From positions 73,859 through 137,858 of the forward strand of contig JAHBXX010000001.1 of assembly GCA_019636245.1 (NCBI GenBank): 64,000 nt of DNA, read 5' to 3'. The stretch is from Planctomycetota bacterium (GTDB lineage Bacteria; Planctomycetota; UBA1135; UBA2386). Both the position numbers and the translations under genes were made by a program. Positions 55,644 to 64,000 of the stretch are shown piece by piece. Each line of letters starts with the position of its first letter. The first letter of the stretch is position 1. The notes under the pieces were generated by a model, which saw nothing but the letters and a program-made list of their open reading frames with translations, was not told the DNA's origin and searched no databases.

Positions 55644-55651
55644 CGTCCGGT

Positions 55652-56683
55652 TCACTTGCGGCCGAGCACGAAGGCCTCGAGGTCGGGCAGCGCCTGCAGC
55701 ACCAGGTTGCCGGCAAACGCCAGCGCGCGCGGGTCGGTGGCCGGCAGGTCGTCGTCGGCGGTGTGCCACCACTGCTCGTAGCGCGGGTCCTTGGCGGCGC
55801 CCGGGATGCGGCGGTCGAAGTCGATCAGCAGCACGCTCGGCACGCCGTAGCGGCTGAAGGTCGCGTGGTCGTCGACGATGCCCCACTTCTGGCCGCGGCG
55901 CTGCAGCTCGGCGATCTCCTGGGGCTTGGGGAACTCGTAGAGGCGCTTCGATTCGCCCATCGCCTTGGCGGCGCGCTCGAACAGGTCCTGCAGGCGGCCG
56001 TCCGAGTTGCCGTCGCGGTCGATCTTCCAGTCCTTGCTGCCGATCAGGTCGAGCAGCACGAACGCCTTGACGCGCGCCAGCGTCTTCGACTCCGACAGCC
56101 ACTTGCAGAACGCCTTGCTGCCGAGCAGCGCGCGTTCGTCGTTCCAGGTCCAGTCCAGGGACTCCTCGGCGTCGATCCAGTAGAGCCAGATGTTGACCTT
56201 GGGCCGCTGGGGCCGCTGGGCGAGCACGCGCGCCAGCTCCAGCAGCACCGCCGGGCCGCCGCCGCCGTCGATCGCGCCGACGAACGGGAAGTTGTGCGCC
56301 GCATCCTGGTGGCCGGAGGCCAGCTTGGTGTCGTAGTGCGCGCCGAGGATCAGGATCGGCCCCTGCGCCGGGTCCTCGCCGTCGATCTGCACCCACAGGT
56401 TGCGGATCATCTTCTTCTCGGTCGCGTGCTCGACTTCCTGCCGCTGCGGCGACAGGCCGAGCCGCGTCAGTTCGCCGGTGATGTAGTCGGCGGCCTTGGC
56501 GAGCGCCTCGGACCCGAACGGACGCGGGCCGAGGGCGACGAGGCGCTCGAGGTGTGCGTGCGCGCGGGCGCCGTCGACCGGGCCCTGCGCGCCGCCGCAG
56601 CCGGCGGTGGGCAGGACCAGCAGGACCGCGGCGACGACGGCCGCAGCGGCGAACGTGGGGGTGCGCGAGGGGCCGACGTGCAT
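55652..56683 (-). CDS. M28-fold lipoprotein, glutaminyl-peptide cyclotransferase (type II QC)-like, copy 1
   Basis: Lipobox (LPTAGC). Blocks LGAHYDTK, FVGAIDGGGGPA, IDAEESLDWTW...LLGSKAF, LLDLIG, VDDHATFSRYGVPSVLLID...WWHTADD. Confidence 0.8.
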   Translation of the reverse strand: MHVGPSRTPTFAAAAVVAAVLLVLPTAGCGGAQGPVDGARAHAHLERLVALGPRPFGSEALAKAADYITGELTRLGLSPQRQEVEHATEKKMIRNLWVQIDGEDPAQGPILILGAHYDTKLASGHQDAAHNFPFVGAIDGGGGPAVLLELARVLAQRPQRPKVNIWLYWIDAEESLDWTWNDERALLGSKAFCKWLSESKTLARVKAFVLLDLIGSKDWKIDRDGNSDGRLQDLFERAAKAMGESKRLYEFPKPQEIAELQRRGQKWGIVDDHATFSRYGVPSVLLIDFDRRIPGAAKDPRYEQWWHTADDDLPATDPRALAFAGNLVLQALPDLEAFVLGRK

Positions 56684-56812
56684 CGCCGCACGTTAGCACC
56701 GGCCGGCGCGCGGGGTCAAAAGCCTCATGGCACGGGGTGCTCGCGTCGATAGCATGGCGTGGGCCGCTGCTGCGGTTTCACGCACAGGCCGGGGCTCGGC
56801 GAGGCGCACGTC

Positions 56813-58840
<2,028 letters not shown>

Positions 58841-58847
58841 GGCGCAC

Positions 58848-59954
58848 GTGTCCGTCCGACGGATCGACCAGGACCACACACGGTTCCGCCAGATCGTGCG
58901 CGGCAGGATCAAGCAGGACCTGAAGCGCTTCGTCAGCTCCGGCGAACTGATCGGCAAGCAGGGGCAGCGCTACGTCACGATCCCGTTGCCGCAGATCACG
59001 CTGCCGCGGTTCCGCTACGGCTCGAACCAGAAGCAGGGCGTCGGCCAGGGCGAGGGCGAGAACGGCCAGCCGGTGCCCGGGCAGGACGGCGACGGCCAGG
59101 GGCAGGCCGGCGAGGAGGCGGGTCGGCACACGCTCGAGGTCGAGGTGCCGCTCGACGAGCTGGCGAAGATCCTCGGCGAGGAACTCGAACTGCCGAACAT
59201 CGAGCCGCGCGGGCGCCGCAACCTGCGCGCCAGCGCCGGCCGCTACACCGGCATATCGCGTTCGGGCCCGATGTCGCTGCGGCACTTCAAGCGCACCTTC
59301 CGCGAGGCGCTGAAGCGCCAGATCGCCTCGGGCACCTACGACGCCCGCAACCCGGTGATCGTGCCGATCCGCGACGACCTGCGCTTCCGCGCCCTGCAGA
59401 CCCGCGAGGTGCCGCAGGCCAGCGCCGCGATCGTCTACATGATGGACGTGTCGGGCTCGATGGGCCGCGAGCAGAAGGACATCGTGCGCATCGAGGCGTT
59501 CTGGATCGACACCTGGCTCCGGCACCAATACAAGAACCTGCAGGTGCACTACATCGTGCACGACGCGGTCGCGCACGAGGTCGACCAGCACACGTTCTTC
59601 CATCTGCGCGAGAGCGGCGGCACCAAGATCAGCTCGGCCTACGAGCTGTGCCTGCAGCTGGTGCGCGATCGCTACCCGGCGCAGGAATGGAACGTCTACC
59701 CGTTCCACTTCAGCGACGGCGACAACTGGAGCACGCGCGACACCGAGCACTGCGTCGCCCTGCTGCGCGACAGCCTGCTGCCGGTCTGCAACCAGTTCTG
59801 CTACGGCCAGGTCAAGAGCGCCTATGGTTCCGGCCAGTTCAAGAAGGACCTCGACGTGGCGTTCCGTGGCGACGACAAGGTCGTGACGACGGACATCCAG
59901 GATCGCGAGGGCATCCTGCCGTCGATCAAGGCGTTCCTGGGCAAGGGCAGATGA
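58848..59954 (+). CDS. YeaH/YhbH-family protein (DUF444, vWA-like)
   Basis: GTG 58848. [17 protein letters not shown]..., a Gly/Gln/Glu-rich linker, and a MIDAS-like DVSGSM. Confidence 0.9.
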   Translation: MSVRRIDQDHTRFRQIVRGRIKQDLKRFVSSGELIGKQGQRYVTIPLPQITLPRFRYGSNQKQGVGQGEGENGQPVPGQDGDGQGQAGEEAGRHTLEVEVPLDELAKILGEELELPNIEPRGRRNLRASAGRYTGISRSGPMSLRHFKRTFREALKRQIASGTYDARNPVIVPIRDDLRFRALQTREVPQASAAIVYMMDVSGSMGREQKDIVRIEAFWIDTWLRHQYKNLQVHYIVHDAVAHEVDQHTFFHLRESGGTKISSAYELCLQLVRDRYPAQEWNVYPFHFSDGDNWSTRDTEHCVALLRDSLLPVCNQFCYGQVKSAYGSGQFKKDLDVAFRGDDKVVTTDIQDREGILPSIKAFLGKGR

Positions 59955-60009
59955 GGCGCCATCCCGCCGACCGCGGCGCGGGCGCGCCGCCGCACCCGAG
60001 ACTCCCGAC

Positions 60010-61542
60010 ATGGGCAACCTGACCCCCGAACTCGCGGCCCTGCGCGACGAGACGCGCGACCTGGCGAAGAGCTACGGTCTCGACTTCTACGAGGTGATCT
60101 TCGAGCTCGTCGACCACGACGAGCTGAACATGATCGCCAGCTACGGCGGCTTCCCGACCCGCTATCCGCACTGGCGCTTCGGCATGGAGTACGAGCACCT
60201 GACGAAGTCGTATGCCTACGGCCTGTCGAAGATCTACGAGCTGGTCGTCAACAACGACCCCTGCTACGCGTACCTGATGCGCAGCAACTCGATCACCGAG
60301 CAGAAGCTGGTGATGGCGCACGTCTACGGCCACTGCGACTTCTTCAAGAACAACGCGTGGTTCGCGCACACCTCGCGCAAGATGATGGACGTGCTGGCCA
60401 ACCACGGCGCGCGCATCCGGCGCTACATGGACCGGCACGGCCAGGAGCGGGTCGAGAACTTCATCGACGTCGTGCACTCGCTCGACAACCTGATCGACCC
60501 CTACTCGCCCTACATCGACCGGGGCACCGAGCCGCGCGCGACGAGGCGCCGCGAAACCGAGGCGGCGCCGCGCGAGGTGCGCAAGATCGCCGCCAAGGAC
60601 TACATGGACCGCTACATCAACCCGCCCGAGTTCCTGCGGCGGGAGCAGCAGCGGCTGGCGGCGGAGGAGCAGCAGGAACGCCACTTCCCGGCCCGGCCGG
60701 TGCGCGACGTGCTGAAGTTCCTGCTCGACCACGCGCCGCTCGAGACCTGGCAGCAGGACGTGCTCGCGATGCTGCGCGACGAGGCCTACTACTTCGCGCC
60801 GCAGGGCATGACGAAGATCATGAACGAGGGCTGGGCGGTCTACTGGCACAGCCGGCTGATGACGCGGCACCTCTGCGACGCCAGCGAGGTCGTGCAGTAC
60901 TGCGACACGCACAGCGGCACGCTGTCGACCCGGCCGGGGCAGGTCAATCCCTACAAGCTCGGCGTCGAGCTGTTCCGCCACATCGAGGAGCGCTGGGACC
61001 ACGGCCGCTTCGGCGCCGAGTACCAGGCCTGCGACGACCCCGAGGTTCGCAAGCGCTGGAGCCGGCCGACGCAGCAGGGTCGGGCCAAGATCTTCGAGGT
61101 GCGGGCGATCTACAACGACGTCACCTTCATCGACGAGTTCGTGACGCCGGAGTTCGCCGAGGAGCAGAAGATGTTCGTCTACGGCCAGGATCCGCAGACC
61201 GGACAGCTGGTGATCGTCGACCGCGACTACCGGAAGGTGAAGGAGCAGCTGCTGGCCGCGTTGACCAACTTCGGCAACCCGATCATCAAGGTCGTCGACG
61301 GCAACCACCGCAACCGCGGCGAGCTCTACCTGGTGCACGAGTGGGTCGGCGGCGACCTGCAGCTCGAGCAGGCGCAGCTGACGTTGCAGGGCCTGCAGCG
61401 GTTGTGGGGCCGGCCGGTGCACATCGAGACGATCGAGAACGGCAAGGGCCGCCTGCTGAGCTTCGACGGCGAGACGGCCAGTTCGACCGAGGTCGCCGCC
61501 AGCCATCCGGCGGTGGGCAGGGTGGGCAGCGGATCCGCATGA
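60010..61542 (+). CDS. SpoVR/YcgB-family protein
   Basis: The pattern FYEVIFELVDHDELNMIASYGGFPTRYPHWRFGMEYE..., VMAHVYGHCDFFKNN. Confidence 0.93.
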   Translation: MGNLTPELAALRDETRDLAKSYGLDFYEVIFELVDHDELNMIASYGGFPTRYPHWRFGMEYEHLTKSYAYGLSKIYELVVNNDPCYAYLMRSNSITEQKLVMAHVYGHCDFFKNNAWFAHTSRKMMDVLANHGARIRRYMDRHGQERVENFIDVVHSLDNLIDPYSPYIDRGTEPRATRRRETEAAPREVRKIAAKDYMDRYINPPEFLRREQQRLAAEEQQERHFPARPVRDVLKFLLDHAPLETWQQDVLAMLRDEAYYFAPQGMTKIMNEGWAVYWHSRLMTRHLCDASEVVQYCDTHSGTLSTRPGQVNPYKLGVELFRHIEERWDHGRFGAEYQACDDPEVRKRWSRPTQQGRAKIFEVRAIYNDVTFIDEFVTPEFAEEQKMFVYGQDPQTGQLVIVDRDYRKVKEQLLAALTNFGNPIIKVVDGNHRNRGELYLVHEWVGGDLQLEQAQLTLQGLQRLWGRPVHIETIENGKGRLLSFDGETASSTEVAASHPAVGRVGSGSA

Positions 61543-62456
61543 CGCCGCAGCCGACCCTGGAACGGGTCTGGTACGCCTACCTGCTCGCGGTGGCCGTGGT
61601 GGGGCTGGCGGCGGGCGGCGACCACGTGCCGCGCGCCGACCTCGCCGCGCACCTCGCGCTGCACGGCGGCGTGCTGGCGGTCGTCGTGGTCGTGCACACG
61701 ATCGCCGTGCGGCGCTCGGCGGCGGCCGCCCGGCCCTGGCGGGTGGCGCTCGGCATCGCCGGCCTGCCGGTGGTGTTCTCGGCGATGAGCTGGCTGCTGC
61801 CGCACGTGCACCCGGAGCCGTACGAGTACCGGTGGCTCGAGCTCGACCGGCGGTGGTTCGGCGGCGACCTCGGCGACGTCGTGGCGCCGTGGCTGCCGGC
61901 GTGGTCGGTCGAACTGCTGCAGCTCGTCTACGCCGGCTTCTACGCCGTGCCGATCCTGGCCGGCATCGGCGCCGGGCGCGGCCGGGGTGCGGCTGCGTTC
62001 GACCGCGCGATGCTGGCGCTGGTGTCGGGCTTCCTGGCCAGCTACCTGGGCTACCTGCTGGTGCCGACGCTGGGGCCGAAGGTCGTGCTGCCGTTCGCGA
62101 CCGCGGTCGAGGGGCTGTGGGCGACCGCGCCGCTGCGGGCGTGGATCGACGCCGCCGAGGCGAATCCGTGGGACTGCTTCCCGAGCGGCCACACGATGCT
62201 CACGGTGTTGAGCCTCTGCCTGCTGTGGCGCTGGCACCGGCCGTGGTTCTGGCGCCTGCTCCCGCCGGCGCTGCTGCTGATCGCCAGCACGATGCTGCTG
62301 CGCTACCACTGGGCGATCGACGTGCTGGTCGGCGCCGCCGTCGCCTGGCCCTGGCTGCGGCTGTGCGACTGGCTCGCCGACCGCGACCACTGGCCGCGGG
62401 TCACGGCAGCAGGAAGCGCTGTCCGTCCGGCGACTGCAGCAGCGGATCGCTGCTGA
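61539..62456 (+). CDS. PAP2-superfamily membrane phosphatase
   Basis: ATGA overlap with the spoVR-like stop. Multiple TM segments. PAP2 motifs PSGHT and RYHWAIDV. The last 56 nt overlap the convergent gene. Confidence 0.75.
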   Translation: MTPQPTLERVWYAYLLAVAVVGLAAGGDHVPRADLAAHLALHGGVLAVVVVVHTIAVRRSAAAARPWRVALGIAGLPVVFSAMSWLLPHVHPEPYEYRWLELDRRWFGGDLGDVVAPWLPAWSVELLQLVYAGFYAVPILAGIGAGRGRGAAAFDRAMLALVSGFLASYLGYLLVPTLGPKVVLPFATAVEGLWATAPLRAWIDAAEANPWDCFPSGHTMLTVLSLCLLWRWHRPWFWRLLPPALLLIASTMLLRYHWAIDVLVGAAVAWPWLRLCDWLADRDHWPRVTAAGSAVRPATAAADRC

Positions 62457-64000
62457 CGAGGTCGTGCAGGCAGGCCGCGAACTCGGACAGTTCGGGCCGC
62501 GCCGCCAGGATCTCGTCGACCGTCAGCGGCACGCCGGCGGCGCGCAGCGCCTGGCGCACCGTGCGCAGCAGGGACGCCGGCAGCTGCAGTTCCCGGCGGC
62601 AGACGATGTCGTGCCCCAGCAGGTCGAACGGCCCGTGGCGCCGCAGCAGATCGGCGAGCAGCGTCGGCGACAGCCAGGCGCCGCCGAGGTCGGTGCCGTC
62701 GAGCACGCTCTTCAGGTCGGCGATCGCGGCGCGGCCGGCGCGCTGGTCGAGCTGGTGCCCGACGAGGTTCACCAGCCGCCGCATGCGTTCGCGGTTGAAC
62801 GGGTAGTTCGTCAGCACGTCGATGCGGTCGGCGGCCGGGGACACGAAGGCGCGGTTGTGGCGCAGCAGACGCCCGACCAGCCGGCGCCGCTCCGGGGGCT
62901 GGTTGTGCACGAACAGGCTCTCGACCACGTCGCCGGCCGCCCGGCGGAAGTCGGCCAGCAGCTGCGACAGCACCCGCGATTCCCGGTGCGTCGCCGCGCA
63001 CACCTCGCCGCGGCCGAGCAGGCGCACGCGGGGGTCGGCGGCGAGGCGGTCGAGCACCAGGTACAGGACCTGGTCGTCGGTGCGGTCGCCGTCCAGCAGG
63101 TCGGCGACGCGCTGGCGGCGATCGCCGGCGGCGACCTGTCGCGCGACGCGGTCGACCAGCGGGGCGACGTTCGCCAGCTCGTCGAGGTGCCAGCGCCGCA
63201 GCGACCACAGCGACGGACCGAGCTGCACGAAGGCCGGGTTCTGGCGCAGGCGCTGTTCGATGCGGCGCCGCGACGCGCGGCGGAAGCGCTCGCGGTAGGC
63301 GTAGACCAGTTCGTCGAGCGGGGTCGGTCGGGCGAGGTCGAGCAGCAGGTCGACGAGCCGCGCCGACGGCGAGCGCGGGTCGGCGACGATCGTCTCCCTG
63401 CCATCGGCCGCGTTCTCCACCTCGAGCCGGAGCTCGGTGCGCAGCAGGTGGAGCAGCAGACCGCGCGGCAGCGGCAGGTTGGCGCCCTGCAGTTCGGCCT
63501 GCAGCGCGGCGACCGGCAGCGGCAGGCGCTGCGGCGGCAGCAGCTCCGGCAACGCGCGCACGAGGCGGCGCAGGTAGCGCGCCGGCAGGGCGCACAGGCA
63601 GTCGCCGTGCAGCGTGAACTCGCGCGGGAAGCAGAACGCGACCAGGCGCGGGCCGAGCCGCGCGTCGCCGCTGCCCGCGGCCAGGACCTGCAGCAGCGAA
63701 CCCTGCACGAGCCGGGTGGCCGGCAACACGCCGTCGCCGCTGGCGAGGTCGCGGCCGACTTCGTAGCGCAGGCGGCCGAGCAGCGCGGGCGCGGTCTGGT
63801 GCAGGCGGGCGCGGGCCTGTTCGGCGCGATCCTCGAGCTCCGGCACCGCGAGCGACCGCCGGCGCGCCGCGGCCAGGCGGGACAGCGGGGCCGCACCCAG
63901 ACCGGTGAGCTCGCACACCAGCTGGCGCTGGTCGGGGTCGAGTCCGGCGAGCAGTTCGTCGCGCAGTCCGTCGTGGCCGACATCGGCCGCGGCGGCGGTC
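62401..64000 (-). CDS. Hypothetical protein, 5' end probably outside the window; possible repeated winged-helix (HARE-HTH-like) segments
   Basis: The frame stays open upstream of the first start (GTG 63918) to the window edge. Segments such as PLDELVYAYRERF...RLRQNPAFVQLGPSLWSLRRW and PLTVDEILAARPEL... resemble HARE-HTH-type modules. The call is weak and by eye only. Confidence 0.5.
   Translation of the reverse strand, partial: TAAAADVGHDGLRDELLAGLDPDQRQLVCELTGLGAAPLSRLAAARRRSLAVPELEDRAEQARARLHQTAPALLGRLRYEVGRDLASGDGVLPATRLVQGSLLQVLAAGSGDARLGPRLVAFCFPREFTLHGDCLCALPARYLRRLVRALPELLPPQRLPLPVAALQAELQGANLPLPRGLLLHLLRTELRLEVENAADGRETIVADPRSPSARLVDLLLDLARPTPLDELVYAYRERFRRASRRRIEQRLRQNPAFVQLGPSLWSLRRWHLDELANVAPLVDRVARQVAAGDRRQRVADLLDGDRTDDQVLYLVLDRLAADPRVRLLGRGEVCAATHRESRVLSQLLADFRRAAGDVVESLFVHNQPPERRRLVGRLLRHNRAFVSPAADRIDVLTNYPFNRERMRRLVNLVGHQLDQRAGRAAIADLKSVLDGTDLGGAWLSPTLLADLLRRHGPFDLLGHDIVCRRELQLPASLLRTVRQALRAAGVPLTVDEILAARPELSEFAACLHDLVSSDPLLQSPDGQRFLLP

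Noticed and set aside
56728-56744. Perfect sigma54 -24 element TGGCACG located 85 nt upstream of the prkA ATG. It was attractive because yeaG/yeaH are NtrC/sigma54-controlled in enterobacteria.
   Set aside because: The GC dinucleotides downstream lie 10 and 14 nt from the GG, not the required 12. There is no TTGC at the right spacing, so it does not satisfy the strict -24/-12 geometry.

Overview
A densely coding, very GC-rich bacterial chromosomal segment (more than 70% G+C by eye, not computed). I call about 50 protein genes and one tRNA-Thr(CGU). I saw no rRNA, CRISPR array, transposase, integrase or phage genes. The high GC fills the six-frame track with long Arg/Ala/Gly/Pro-rich shadow ORFs. 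I kept only frames with normal amino-acid composition and recognisable motifs, and I reset many starts; ATGA/GTGA start-stop overlaps are frequent.

Gene content, left to right:
- Tail of an aryl-polyene/xanthomonadin-type lipid cluster: adenylating ligase, MMPL exporter, LPLAT acyltransferase, lipoprotein, flavin-halogenase-like protein, LolA-like protein.
- A LysM protein, then an orphan sigma54 response regulator divergent from a secreted HEAT-repeat protein.
- tRNA-Thr and cardiolipin synthase.
- An HD-GYP regulator, an FGE-domain lipoprotein and a cupin, then RluD.
- An aldolase/SDR fusion coupled to an ABC-2 exporter.
- An operon of an NYN-like protein, a six-EF-hand protein and an M14 carboxypeptidase.
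- A histidine kinase/response regulator pair, a secreted protein of unknown function, a GT-C membrane protein and an SSS transporter.
- MurNAc/peptidoglycan-recycling genes, including a secreted NagZ-AmiE-like fusion.
- ribH-nusB-ftsY.
- A block of secreted propeller proteins with a PGM1-like ATP-grasp ligase.
- Two tandem glutaminyl-cyclase-like M28 lipoproteins plus an acylphosphatase.
- prkA-yeaH-spoVR plus a PAP2 phosphatase.

Main leads:
1. A perfect (GGAA)11 microsatellite lies between a good SD+ATG and the signal peptide of a galactose-oxidase-like gene. It puts the gene out of frame in this assembly; 10 or 13 copies would restore the frame. This is the architecture of a phase-variable contingency locus.
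2. Every non-lipoprotein signal peptide I could delineate ends ...A|Q, and two glutaminyl-cyclase-like lipoproteins are encoded in the same window. This may be a pyroglutamate 'Q-rule' outside Bacteroidetes.
3. A G9 homopolymer occupies codons 5-8 of the MMPL exporter gene.

All functional calls come from motif recognition by eye, and no database search was run.
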